A stretch of 64,000 bases of DNA, taken from NCBI RefSeq assembly GCF_004010195.1, contig NC_057718.1, forward strand, positions 37,443,650 to 37,507,649. Reading direction: 5' to 3'. The translations under genes were made by a program, and so were the position numbers. Below are positions 12,677 to 26,050 of the stretch, one piece after another; position 1 is the first letter of the stretch; each line of letters starts with the position of its first letter. This stretch comes from Chiloscyllium plagiosum. Taxonomy: Eukaryota. The notes beneath the pieces were generated by a model. The model was not told the origin of the DNA, did not search any database, and saw only the letters and a list, made by a program, of their open reading frames with translations.

Positions 12677-13472
12677 AGCACCACTCTCTTCGACACCAAT
12701 GAAAGCCACACAGACACAGTCAGCCTGGTCTCAAAATTGTAGCATGGATTGGTGCTGTTTCCCACGAACGCCCAGCAGAGCAGCAAGATGGGCACTAATT
12801 TCCTGGGCTCTGCAAGGGAACTTGCTGGCATCTTTTATCTGCTCCCTCACTCTCACACGCCCATTTCTCATTCTAACTCTAACAGTGCACATGCATCTCC
12901 CGAACTCTCATGGGCTACTTTCACTATTCCAGGCACCATGTCTACCCATCTCATCCTCTCAAACGATCCATTCTTTCTGACACTGAGCTTCCTATTCAGT
13001 CAGTCGGGACACTTTACCTCCTCTCTTGTTCATGCATGACAACAAGCTGCTCTTGCATCCATGTCTGTCAAACCCTATTCGTCCCTCGGACTCGTTATGG
13101 CAGAATCTGGCCCAGAGCACGGCTGAGAGGTCACGCCATCAGCAGCATGGCAGTTTTCAGGCTCTTTATCCCCTGCAAGGAGAAAATACTGGTTTTGTCC
13201 AGAGAGTGCCAAACAGCTCATACTAGAATGGAGAGATACCATTGGGTTAAAAAAAAATTAGTAACTTTCATTGTGTTGTGCTGCTTTCATTTTATCAGCA
13301 GTCCTAACTCAGTCCCAATATTTACAAGCTTTTATCCAGCTTCTCCAACTAATTCTCTCTCTTCTCTTATACATGCACTTGTTGGACCCAGGAACATTCA
13401 CGAAGGTGAGGGTTGTGCTATAGACATTCAGCTCCATCTCCGAGAAGGAAGTCACTGACCCCCCGAAAGATT

Positions 13473-13823
13473 TCATAGAATCCCTACAGTGTGTAAACAG
13501 GCCATTTGGCCCAATAAGTTCACACCGACCCTCCAAAGAGTAACCTACCCAGACCCATTCCCCCTAACCTATTGCTCTACGTTTACTCCTGACTAATGCA
13601 CCCAACCTACACATCCTGAACACTATGGGCAATTTAGCATAGCCAATTCACCTGACCTGCACATCTTTGGACTGGGGGAGGAAAGCAAAGTACCTGGAGG
13701 AAACCCACACAGACACAGGAAGAATGTGCAAATTCCACACAGACAGTTACCCGATGCTAGAATCGAACCCGGTTCCCTAGTGCTGTGAGGCAACAGTGCT
13801 AACCACTGAGCCACCATGCTGCC
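13473..13823 (-). mobile_element. HE1-type V-SINE (tRNA head, V domain, CR1/HER1-like tail)
   Basis: A box TGGCTCAGTGG, B box GGTTCGATTC, V-domain gtgtggaatttgcacattct..gggtttcctcc, tail ..gtagggattctatga. Confidence 0.9.
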
Positions 13824-14511
13824 TGCAAGGCTTTCACTTGCACCCTCATCCAGCTCCAGCAGCGCAGAGGCTTGTCTTTCAGGATTATGCTTAGGAGGAA
13901 AATCTGGTGAGCTCACAACTGACCCATTGCAAACACTGTGAAACATTGATAGGTTATCACTACTGGAATGGTCAAAAGGAGATCCCTCAGGATTCATGTC
14001 AACCTGATGGGAGTTCACTACACAGCACAGACATTTTAATCTTAGCGCTATGTGATATTGTTGCACTGTGTCACTGACTGCTCTTTTTCTCTAATGGTAA
14101 TGTAGGATATGTTATGTGTCGATACTTTAAAGGGGGATGAGTCGAAGATAGCATCTATACAGTCACATGGCACTTATTCTACAATTCAAAATCCAAAGAT
14201 TGCAAAAACTAAACATTCTCCAGATAGCTAGAACGACATGTCCTTTGCAGTAAGCAGGGCCTGTTTCCTGGATTAGCAACAGAATCTCAAACAATTAAAA
14301 ACCCCAATCCAGCTCATTCCACATGGAAATGGGTTGTCGCTGCCCTCTCAGATTCTGTGACACATTTCTCTGTCATGATGTCTGGGACAGTCCTCCTGGT
14401 CAATATCCAAACCCTCAACATTTACTTCATACTCAGCCAATACCTTCCTTTCCCCTAATCATGAAAAACATGGCATATACAATGATGTGGGACACACTCT
14501 CTGGGCTTTCT

Positions 14512-15140
14512 TTTTATTAATTTGTGGGCATCACTGGCTGGGCCAGCATTTATTGCCCGTCCCTCATTGCCCTTGAGAAAGTGGTGGTGAGCTGCCTTCT
14601 TGAACCACTGCATCCACCTGCTGTGGGTTGACCCATAATGCCACTGGGGACGAAATTCCAGGATTTTGACCCAGCAACAGTGAAGGAATGGCGATATATT
14701 TCCAACTCAGGACGGTAAGTGGCTTGGACAGGAATTTGAAGGTGGTGGTGTTCCCATGTATCTGCTGTGCTTCTAGATAGAAGTGGTCATTAGTTTGGAA
14801 GGTGCTGTCTGAGGACCTTTGGTGAATTTCTGCAATGTTTCCTGTAGACAGTACACACTGCTACTACTGAGCCTGTGGATGTGGTACCAATCAAGAGTGC
14901 TGTGTTATCCTGGATTGTGTCAAGCTTCTTCAGTATTGTTGGAGCTGCACTTATCCAGGCAAGTACAGGGTATTCTACATTCTTGACTTGTGCCTTGTAG
15001 ACTGTGGACAGGCTTTGGGGAGTCAGAAAGTGAGTTACTCACTGCAATATTCCTAGCCTCTGACCTGCATTTATAGCCACTGTGTTTATGTGGTGAATCC
15101 AGTTGAGTTTCTGATCAATGATAACCCCAGGTAGGTTGAT
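14512..15140 (-). mobile_element. Second CR1/L2-group LINE family, 3' fragment
   Basis: GVIIDQKLNWIHHINTVAINAGQRLGIL; homologous to 27535-28035 and 45011-45890. Confidence 0.8.
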
Positions 15141-17354
15141 GTGACCCCAGTGGAGGTGGTCCAGACATTGAAACTTTGTCATAAGGAAGGCTATGTTCGG
15201 TTTCACAATGGCCCTGGTGGAAACATGAGCAGAGTTATATGATTTTTTTGTATCAGTCACATGGTTTCTTAAATGTGTCACAAATTCAACACCCATACCT
15301 GTATGTGTCGAGGACTGAGGAAACAGGCAGAAACCTTTGAGTTCTCTAATGCATAGGAATCATGGCAGATCCAAATGTATTGGTGTAGACGTCCAGAATT
15401 TAGCATTGGTGGTCAGGTATAATTTGAATATTCATGGAGTGCACAGCTTTTCTACTCACAATCTCTGCAGGTTGGAGTTGGATGCTCTCAAAGCAACAGG
15501 GGTGTAGTCAATAGTGCCCTGCACCTATGGGAGGCCAGCAATGATGGAGGATCTCAGTGCCTGAGCTGCTTGATTCTCGTCACCTCAGGGGAAGGATCTC
15601 AAATTTCCCTGGGATTGGCTGACCATCTAGTCCCTCAGAATGGCTGCCCTGTTCCAGATTGTAACATTTGGCAATGGTGGGATGGGATGTCCTTAACTGG
15701 CACCTGTAGAAAATAAAAATGAGGTGTGTAAATCCAGGGTATGATCCTCTTTCTCCTCCCCCTTGTGAATCTTCAAATGCTGCCTCTCCCTTTGGGGGCT
15801 ATGCAGTAGCCATTGGAGGTGCTGTTCTTGCTGGAGATATAATTGCTGTCTCCATCTGCACTGTCTTCATTGAATCAGCAAAGACCACAATGAGATAGCA
15901 ATGGCGTGCTCCATGTGAACTCCATGAGCACATAATCCATGGGCAAGTTCAGAAAGATAACACGTGTTATTGAAGGAACATCTGAGGCCTCCTCACATCC
16001 GTCACAATGTAGCCTTATGTTATGCTCTCCCACAGTTCATTTTGGAGGCTTCCAAAGGAAGTCATTGTCATTCCTCTATAAGGGCTTCTCAGGTATGTGA
16101 TTTTATCCAATTGTAAATTGCACTACCCAAACCTTTCACTCTATACTGGCAATAGAATTCTGCCAGTAAACTATTAGGAAAGCACTACCAAAGAAGAGGT
16201 CCCTTCCACCTCATGTGTATATTCACATCAGTGTGAGAATCTGGCAGCTGCAAACTGTTGCCTTGCAATAGTTATTTTGAAATGCAGTTGCCAAATGGCA
16301 ACTTTAGGTCTCATTTTAAGTTTCTTATGCTCAAGAAACTTGTTTAGCTGATATGACAAGGAGACAATTGATGTGCATCATTTAATGCTCATGATTACTT
16401 GAGGTGACCATTTTTAACCTTGGACAATGAATGATCTACCAATAGAATACAAATTGAAAGCAAATCATTGAAGGCATGATTACTGCAATCTTCCAAATCG
16501 TGACTCAAAAATCAAAACTTTTTTACTCTATCCTCAAAGAGCAATTTACTCTAGCCACTTAGCATATTATGGCAGCCATTTTGTGAGGACTGGGATGTTA
16601 GATCTTATTCAAGGTCCTAAGCATTTCTGCACACAAGAATTTACGAGAGTTTAATGCGGCCCTCAGTGTTAATCGTTTAAGACCTTCCTATCCTTATGCA
16701 AAACTATTAGCCTCTGATCCCTGAGGCTTTCAAACTCTGACCTCTTGCCCACTCCTATAATCAGACTGCCCATCTCCCAGTGAATAACTCCCCACACTGG
16801 GTTGAGACCTGTTTGGTCATGACCCCACATTTGTAAGGTCCAGGTTCAACTCCCACCATGTCACAAGTGTGTCACACCATGCCCAAGCAGCTTGATAAAA
16901 ATAACAACCTATCAAGCTGACTTCCCAATAAGGAATCTGCCAGTGACATCATATATACCCAATGGAGTTTATGAGCAGGTCAACCCCTACCTCCTGATTT
17001 CCCACATATTAACAGCTCTACTCGCATACCCTACTTGACCTGGTTAAAAAAGAAAACTCTCCTATGGTTTTAAACTGACCTTTCAGTGACAAACTCCTGG
17101 GTTCAATTTAAAATCTCCAGATCCGTCTGCTAGTGGTGCATGCTGCAGCAGTTCATGATCAAAATGATCCAGAAACAGGCTTAAGGTACCAGATTTGTTA
17201 CATGCAATTGGCCTTATAACCATTTCAATACCCTTTGAATGCCAACTGAGCAGTCCAAACCTGTATAGTGTGGAATACTATTGGCAGCCATATTGGACAC
17301 TTCAGAATCTGCTTTGTATCTGTAAAATAGTTGGCTTGTAGTTAAATATCTGAA

Positions 17355-17610
17355 AATCCTCTTATTGATCAAAGGTCCCATTGAGTTCTTCAAAGAAGAG
17401 CAAGGGAGTCCTCCCAGGACCCAATCCAATATTTATCTCTTAACTGATGCAACGAAAACAATTTACCAGATCTTCCATCTCATTGCCATTCACTTGACCC
17501 TGCTGTATGCAAATTAACTTGTTACATTTAGTGTACTTCTCCTCCTCTGGAGTACTTTAGATAATTTGAAGTCATAAGAAATATTGGATGAGTGCAAATC
17601 TGTTCTTCCT
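17355..17610 (+). mobile_element. Degenerate Deu-domain SINE
   Basis: ttcaaagaagagcaagggagtcctcccagg..ccaatatttatctc..ctgctgtatgcaaatt; related to 5390-5750. Confidence 0.55.
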
Positions 17611-18456
17611 CTCAGGCTCACAAAATGCCATCTGCAACACATCAACTGAATAAAGCCAATAAAATGCTATTGAAACGAAGGCAAGATGTACAGAATAATT
17701 AGTCCAGATGTAATAGTAAATCAATATAAAATCTCAGTTGGACAACAAACTGAGCACTCCCTGTAGTTTTTGGGCTCCATACTGCAGGAAGAGTGTTGAG
17801 ATATTAGAGAATACAGCCCGAATTACTACAATGTCGTCTGGCATCATGAAATATAAATAAAGAATGTTTGGATATACTTATTCATATATTACATATTTTC
17901 CCTCATTCTAGACTCCTCAACTATTGGAGTCAATCAGTGCCTCTCTAGTCTGTCAATGCTTCATGTTTTTAAATACTTGCATCAACTCACCTTTTAATCT
18001 CTTCCACTACATTTTCTTTTGCTTCCAGTTTTTCTGGTGATAAGAAGAATGAGGAAAATAATAAATTGCAGCTGATCACTTTTTTCTCTGGTTAGATTCG
18101 TACAAATGTCCTCAGAGTGTGATCTGCAGAAGAGAAACCATTCGAGATCCATGATCATTAGCATTTAATCAGCACAAACCACCAATGGATGCAGATCATC
18201 CTGACTCTTCACTGCCCATTGCACTGGTGGCGTGAGTTTGCAGATTTTGCATTGCCTCTGCCTTCCGGAACTTGTCTTTCTCAGCAACGTGCACATTACT
18301 TTCTTGACTCATGATAAATACTCATTAGTCTCTGTTACAGATCGCACTGTTTGACAAATATTTGAGAAGTTTTATCATTCATCTTCACCAAAGTAGTGAG
18401 GCTACTTTGTAGTAGTAGTAAAGCAGGATTCCACATTCATTTAATTAAAGTCTTTA

Positions 18457-18656
18457 CAGTTCGTTCTATTATAATGCACGTTTCATTAACATGAATTGGC
18501 CATAACTGATTGATGAATTGTGGACGTTGTTTGGATAACGTGAACTTTCTACTGATTGGGTACAATAATTTTCCATTAGCAATTTTTTAGAGCACAATTT
18601 TCTATAGAACGAGGTTGCATAGTAACACAACTGCCGTATTATAGCGGAACGACCTG
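18457..18656. mobile_element. 200-bp Tc1/mariner (Tigger/pogo-like) MITE
   Basis: Terminal inverted repeats CAGTTCGTTCTATTATAAT and reverse complement CAGGTCGTTCCGCTATAAT; TA on both sides (18455-56, 18657-58). Confidence 0.8.
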
Positions 18657-19959
18657 TACTAACGGGTACTGCCAGAGCGGGTGATACCTAGCTATGTGAA
18701 GTTTTAGGCTAGTGTCTAATGTAGGTTGACTATCTAAACTTTATGTTAACAACAGATTATGGTCATCACAGTCACCTTTACTGACCCTGTGATCATCCAA
18801 TCTCAAACCAGCACCATTTCCTTGTACATAGCTATTGATTTTCTGACAATCACTTTCACTGTTGCAGGTTCAATGTCTACTTTGTTTGGAATCATATGTA
18901 CGTCACCCGCCGCGATGTTTGTGGTCTCTTGTTCCTAGCTCTATTTTGATTCATCCCGGTTTGAAATTAGGTTTGTCAGCTCAGAGGGAAGCTATTCCAG
19001 TTATACAAGAATACTCTAACAACACTATTTTAATTAAGTGACTGTACACCTTTCCTCACCTCCATCGGTGCACTGGGTCAATTCATCCAGCAATTAGGAC
19101 AATAGAAAAGGCAAATCGCAGCTAGCCAGGGGATTAATGTTTTAACATTTTCTATACAGAGGATTCTAGTAATTTCCAAATTCCATTCCCCTATCTCCTA
19201 CACCCTTGCCACCCCATCAAGCACGTTTTCAGAGATGTAGTTTATTGTAGCAAGATAAATGAGCTGTATAACATGCAGCACCATTGAATGTCATTCAATT
19301 CTCCGTTTCTGAGAGTTTGCAATTCTCCTTTTGCCTGTAATCTGATACACAATCACAGTGCATATCCCACATACTGCATGGCACCAGTACTGTGAACAAT
19401 TCTGACATTGACCATGCAAACCTGAATAATGATAGCGATATCCATCACATATGGCTGAACCTAAGTCATCTAAGCTTCAAAATAAATGCGACATTCCTTC
19501 CCAATTCTATTAAGTATCCATGACTGTCCCTCATCAATCCAGTATCCTCACCCATCTCACTTATCTAGAGCTCTCACCAAAGTAAACCCCAAATAGATCA
19601 TTTGTCACTCCATTATTCAATTTGTGATTTTACTCAGTCTCAGTATTAAAAAAGTTCAAATTTTTTAAAAAGACAATAATCCACCTAAATTTCTTACATT
19701 TTCTCCTCCCTATTTCCTATTTTTGTCTATGAAGCAAACAACTCACACGATTGTAAGCAACATTATGCTGCTTCTAATTTAATGTCCAGTATTAGTATCA
19801 ATGTTTCATTTGTTTACCTGAAAACTGGTTTCTCCTTTACAACAAATGCAGTTGACCAAGTGATCAAAGAAAGCATTCCTGCTCTGTTGGTGTTTACATT
19901 ACAGCCTAACCTTTGGCTTTGTGGGCTCTTCCATACATTGTCAACAGTCAACGTAGGTG

Positions 19960-20415
19960 GTGGGAAAATATCTTGAATCAGTTATTTAAGATAGGATTAA
20001 TAGTCACCTGGATCAGCCGGCATGGATTTATTAAGGGGAAAATCATATCTAACTACACGTGCTGGAGTTTCTTGAAGCAGTAACAAAAGGGATTTGATGA
20101 GGGAAATGCTGTTGATATCGTGTACAAGGACTTGCAAAAGATAGCAATGCAACGCCACACAAAAGATCTTTGAGAAAAATTATAGCTCGTGGAATGAAAA
20201 TGACAGTAGCAACATGCAAAATTGACCGAGGGATAGGAAACAGAGTTTTCATGGGTTCATTGGAATATTTGGACTGGAGGGTATATGTAGTAGAGTTCCA
20301 CAGGGGTCAATATTGGGATTCTAGCCTTTTCTGATGCATATTAATGGTCTCAATTTTCGAATGAAGGGGACAATTTCGAAGTTTGCAGGTGACACAAAAC
20401 TTGGAAATATTGTGA
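19960..20415 (+). mobile_element. Old CR1 RT fragment
   Basis: HGFIKGK, DEGNAVDIVY, VPQGSILG and SKFAGDTK, with frameshifts. Confidence 0.75.
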
Positions 20416-20964
20416 CGAGATCAGTCTGTAATTTGTGTAAGCCTGTGATCACACACACGCAAAGACACATTAACACACCCAGAAGCTTTGTAAGCCAGTG
20501 AGTTATTTACCCTTACATTATATTCACCATTTACTGGATTATGTAACCATGCCTCTATTTATTTTCTGTAATGTATATAAGCTGGTTGTGGTGAAATCCT
20601 GTGTGCTGCATTAACTTCATGGTGATGGAAAGGGCATCAAAGAGGAATTTGGTACCTAATTGAAGAACTGCATTTTCGGGAGGCAAGATGGGAAGATTTT
20701 GGTCGAGCCACAGATTTTTGCTAAGCATTCGAAAGTGTCCTTGAGCTGTGAAAGACGTTTTTTTGTGATTGATGGGTTCTTCGGACATGGCCTTGAACAA
20801 GGAAGCCAGTGGAAAAAAAAAGCCTGGTGATGACTTTGAAAAAGACAATGATGTAATTGAAAACAAATTAAATGGGCCAGAACTGAGGATTACCTGATAT
20901 GGCACAGTAATAGCAAGGAAAGGGGGATAATACTTCATAAACAAGCCAGTGCAGAGCAGATGGG

Positions 20965-21245
20965 TCACACAATCCCAGAAAACATGCCTACATCCGTGAG
21001 AATTCTCATGTTCCTTCCTCATTTCAAGGGCTGGATGTTTTACAAGGATGTCAACGGCTACCCACCAGAAACATGGCTGATGACTCCATGCTTCAATACA
21101 ATGCAGCTCTCATTCTTTGAAAAGGGTCATCATGCAGTAGATGATATTCTCTAAAAGACGGGGTTCCAATGCTTGCATCAGTCAGTGGGAATGGAGTGGG
21201 ATGGGGCATTGCAGTTCACTCCAGACAGTGTGTCACATGATCCCA
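20965..21245 (+). pseudogene. PIF/Harbinger (HARBI1-like DDE) transposase fossil
   Basis: Ordered segments HAYIRENSHVP, GYPPETWLMTP, YNAA, FQCLHQS and GALQFTPDSVS match the Harbinger pattern HDA.IL..S, GYP..WLMTP, YN.AH, RFRCLD.SGG.LQY.P. Confidence 0.7.
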
Positions 21246-22454
21246 GCATGAGGTACTTTGCCCAACTGGAGCGGGATAAAGGGAGACATGATAGATGCTG
21301 AAGGGTTGGGAGAGCAGCATTCTCTGGAGGAAGCAGGTGAAGATATTGAACAGGGGGAACATCGCCTTCATGATGATCAACCACTGCAGTGGCCAGTATA
21401 ACAAGGCAGACAGGAGTTACATGATACTCAACTTGAGCTATGTGTAGTGATCACTCATTGATCGTCAATTTGTTCCTGCTTGAAAGGCAAGAAGTCCTGT
21501 GTCTTTCCCAACAACACTGCAGTATTTCTGTTTATTTTGTTTCTTTGCTTATCCTGTTGCTCACTTCCAATTGTTTTAAGATTTTCCAACATTTGATGTA
21601 CCTGTATTGAACAATGGGAAGCTATTATACAGCACTGGGCAATAGAGAAAGCCGAGCACTCACTTAGACAGGCTTCTCAAATGAGGTGGCCCTCAAAATG
21701 GGCAGCCTGTGTAACTTGATTCTTATTGCCAGCAGTTCAAATAACAGTCAATCATACAGAGAATGAGGAGTAATAGCAATACATTTATGAGTGTGAGCTT
21801 GTATTTACAATCAAGAATCATTCTTGCCACCTATACTCCCTCAGGAGCTTTCTTTGTCTGTTCCCCACCCAGTGTGTACAGTGATGGGAAACACCACACT
21901 GGCAATGCTGACCTGGTACATGCTGGACTTTAAATATGGTGGCAGTACCAGAAGTCCGAGGACGGAAGTCCTGGCAGTGATTGAGTACTTCCATAGTTGG
22001 TGAAGACATGATAGTGCAAATTGAGCCCCATTGAGCGTGGTGCAAACACAATGAGGACAGCAGCAGAGAAATGTGTGAAATAATTCACACGTACTAATAG
22101 AGGAACCCCCCCCTCCCCCCACCCCCCACCACCAACACCACCATGAAATATACAGCTAGCCGATTTTTGTCAATTTTGGTCCTATGTTCTTTGGACCAGT
22201 GCACTGCCTCTTGGCAGTCCCCAAGCAGCCTCACCATGCTGGTTACTTCTTGCTCATGCACAGTCCTCATTTGTTGGGGCTGTTGGGCTTTTTAAACAAT
22301 TTCAACCTTTGTTGTGAAACAATGGATAAAAATATCCAACTGGCTTTGCGATGAGCTACCTAGAAATGTGTTAGCTGCAAAGTGAAAGTAGGCTTCTTAA
22401 AGTACAAGTCTACATTTTCTGTTACATGACATAGAAAATTTCACAAACAAGCTC

Positions 22455-23950
22455 TGATGAAGGAATTAAACATACTGCAGCCAAATTTGTGGGTGACACA
22501 AAAATAGATGGGAGGGCAAGTGGTGAGGATGACACAGTGGGATATAGACAGAGCAGTAAGTGAGTGGGCAGATGGAATACAATGCGGGAAAATGTAAGGT
22601 TGTGTACTTTGGCAGGAAGAATTTGGAGGATGGTTAATAAGTACAGAAGGTTGGAGCCCAGAAAATCTGGAGGGGGGGGGTGTCTTGTGTATGAATTACT
22701 GAAAAACTAGCAGACACATTCAGCAAGTAACTGAGAAGGCTATTGAAATGTTAGTCTTTATTTCATGGGAATAGAGTATAAAAATAAAACTACACAAGGC
22801 AGTAGTCAGAATGGAGCTGGGGAATGCTGTCAACAGTTTTGGTCCACTTATCTAAGGAAAGATATATTGACATTGGACGCAAACAGTGGATAGAGGTTGA
22901 GTTAGTTGCGTTAGTACTCAGTGGAGTTGAGCAGAATAAGAGGTGACTTCATTGAAACATGCACGATTCTTAGGGGGCTTGAAAGGGTAGATGAGAGAGT
23001 TTGGAACAAAAGGACATCATCTCACAATAAGGGCTCCCATTTCTAAGACTGCGATGAGGAGGAATTTTTTTCTGAAGGTAGTGAATCTATTGCTATGGGC
23101 CAGGCCAGACCCCCTCAAAACATTTCAAGAAAGTAGCTGAGACCCTAGCTTTGCTAGTTGTTTTAAACAGGTGTAATATGGATACTCCAGGAGGGATGCA
23201 GCTGGCCCAACCCACTTAGTTTTAAGCAAAACAGAATATATTTACAAGATTACTGAATGAAACACAACAAAAGATAATGCAGAATAACTTAACTATCCGA
23301 AAACCCAATAGATCATCCCAATTTAATGATGCCGTTCCAAATACTTGCAACAATTCCCATGAACACCCCTTGGCATAAAAGGTAAAATCAAACACAGGGT
23401 CTTACAGGAGAGATGTCAGAGAGTGGGGGTTTCAGCATGGACCTGCTTCTTTGTGTCTAGCAGCTTGACTGCTTTCTGAGGAAAGCTAGACTGCTCAAAA
23501 ACCAAATCCAACCAGAGAAAAGCTGAGCTGGGAGAACTGACCACTCCCCTTTCATTGTACAAGTTTTTTTTTAACTTAAAAGCCTTTTGCCTGAGGCAGC
23601 AACTGTTAGCTAGAATCAAACTGGCCCTAAAACCCTTCAAACTTAGACTTTTCAAAATCTATGTCTTTTACGTCCTCTCTGAAAAAAAACCCAAGGACAG
23701 CATAACCTTGTTAAAGGAGCAGCATTTTCACACTATGGCACCTTTTACCACAGAGGCCTGTTAAGGCTAGACCATTAAGGATTTTCAAGGCTGAGATAGA
23801 CAGATTTTTAATCAGTATGTGCCTCAAGGGTAATAGAGAAAAAGCAGGAGAGTGGAGTTGAGGATTTTCAGATCAGCCATGATCTCAGTGAATGGTGAAG
23901 CAGACTCAATGGGCTGAATAGCAAATATTTGCTCCTCTATGTTATGGTAT
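22455..23950 (+). mobile_element. Old CR1 3' fragment split by a solo LTR
   Basis: KFVGDTKI at about 22484. The 3' region resumes after 23736. Confidence 0.75.
23091..23732. mobile_element. Solo LTR (642 bp), Gypsy- or ERV-type
   Basis: Starts TG and ends CA; 4-bp TSD CTAT (23087-90, 23733-36); interrupts a CR1 cleanly. Confidence 0.75.
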
Positions 23951-24387
23951 TTTGAAGAATTTTCTGTAGCTGCAAAGGCAGCATCAGTATTGCCCATTCC
24001 CAAAGGAATAAATTATCATAGTTCTGATGTGCAAATATTGCTGAGCCAGTGTCAGGACTGAAGACAAACATCCTGAGGCTAAGTCGCAGTATCCCATACA
24101 TGGGCTAGGGAGTGAAATGTGGAATTAGATTATGTCCAGTCAAAGTATTCATGCTGCACACTGACTTCATACTGTCAACTCATTTCCATCATCACTGCAT
24201 CCACTTAGTGATAACTACCCCTTGAATGACCGGACCCTTGAACAAGAGTCTAATATCAAGAATGCCTTGCAATGGGTGTGTAAGCTAACCTGCACTGCTT
24301 AAAGGAGAGATGCACTGTAGCTGGAGTAGGTGCTGACAGGCATGAGGAAGTGACTCTGTCCTGTGAAATATTGAATAATAGCACAAC

Positions 24388-26050
24388 CTTTTCAGACTGG
24401 AGACCTGTGACCAGCGGTGTGCCACAAGGATTGGTGCTGGGTCCACTGAGTTTCATCATTAATATAAATGATTTGGATGTGAAGGTAGAAGGTATGGTTA
24501 GTAAGTTGGCAGATGACACCAAAATTGGAGGTGTAGTGGAGAGCGAAAGCTACCTCAGAGTACAACAGGATCCTGATCAGATGGACCAAAGGGCCGAGAA
24601 GTGGTAGATGGAGTTTAATTTAAATAGAAACATAGAAACATAGAAGATAGGAGCAGGACGAGACCATTTGGCCCTTCGAGCTTGCTCCACTATTCATCCC
24701 AATCATGGCTGATCATCCAACTCAATAGCCTAAACCTGCTTTCTCCCCAAAGCCTTTGATTCCATTCACCCCAAGTGCTATATCTAGCGACCTCTAGAAT
24801 ACATTCAATGTTTTGGCATCAACTATTTTCTATTACCACTCTTTGGGTAAAGAAATGTCTCTTCATCTGCATCCTAAATGTTTTACCCTGAATCTTCAGA
24901 CTGTGACTGTCCTGGTTCCGGACACACCCACCATCGGGAACATCCTCCCTGCATCTACCCTGTCCAGCCTGGTTAGAATTTTATAAATCTCTATGAGATT
25001 CCTCCCTCATTCGTCTGAACTCCAGTGAAAACAATCCTAACCTAGTCAATCTCTCCTCATATGTCAGTCCCGCCATCCCCCACATCAGCCTGGCAAACCT
25101 TTGTTGCACTCCCTCGAGAGTGAGAGCATCCTTCCTCAGAAAAGGAGACCAAAACTGCACACAATATTTAGGTGTGGCCTCGCCAATGCCCTGTATAACT
25201 GCAACAAAGTATCCCTGCTCCTGTATTTGAATCCTCTCACAATGAAGGCAATGTGAGGTGCTGCATTTTGGAAAGGCAAATCAGGGCAGGACTGATACAC
25301 TTAATGGTAAAGTCCTGGGGAGTGTTGCTGAACAAAGACACCTTGGAATGCAGGTTCATAGTTCCTTGAAAGTAGAGTCACAGGTAGATAGGATAGTGAA
25401 AATGGCATTTGGTATGCTTGCCTTTATTGGTCAGTGCATTGAATATATGTGTTGGGAGGTCATGTTGAAGCTGTACAGGACATTGATTAGGCCAATTTTG
25501 GAATAATGTGTGCAATTTTAGTCTCCCTGCTTTAAGAAGGATGTTGTGGAACTTGAAAGGGTTCAGCAAAGATTTACAAGGATGTTGCCAGGGTTGGAGG
25601 GTTTGGGCTATAGGCACAGGCTGACTAGGCTGGAGCTGTTTTCCCTTGAGTTTTGGAGGCTGAGGAGTGACTTTATAGAGGTTTATTAAATCATGAGGGG
25701 CATGGGTAGAGTGAACAGACAAGATCTTTTCCCCAGGGTTGGGGAGTCCAAAACTAGAGGGCATAGATTTAAGATGAGGGGGATAAATTTAAAAGGGACC
25801 AAAGAAGCAACTTTTTCATGCAGTGGATGGTGTGTGTATGTAATGAGCTGCCAGAGGAAGTGGTGGAGGCTAGTATAATTACAGCATTTAAAAGGCATCT
25901 GGATGGGTATATGAATAGGAAGGGTTTAGAAGGATATGGGCCAAGTGCTGGCAAGTGGGATTAGATTAATTTAGGATATCTAGTCGGCACAGACGAGTTG
26001 GACTGAATTGTCTGTTTCCATGCTGTCCAGCTCTATGACTCTGTGACTCT
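24388..26050 (+). mobile_element. 5'-truncated CR1 split by an antisense CR1
   Basis: SGVPQGLVLGP..KLADDTK up to about 24623; resumes at CEVLHFGK (about 25252); (CTATGACT) tail. Confidence 0.9.
24624..25250 (-). mobile_element. CR1 3' fragment of another subfamily, nested
   Basis: (AGAAACAT)n tail at the left end; antisense CR1 C-terminus. Confidence 0.85.

Larger units (their letters stand above)
11360..13870 (+). pseudogene. PIF/Harbinger Myb/SANT-like gene fossil, copy 1, interrupted by later insertions
   Basis: Segments TQTQSAWSQ, TNAQQSSKMGTNFLGSAR, NLAQSTAERSR and FRLFIPCKEKILVL fall in the same order as in the copy at 57.9-59.1 kb. Confidence 0.55.

Noticed and set aside
13745..13823. 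tRNA-like A and B boxes
   Set aside because: They are the head of an HE1 V-SINE, not a tRNA gene.
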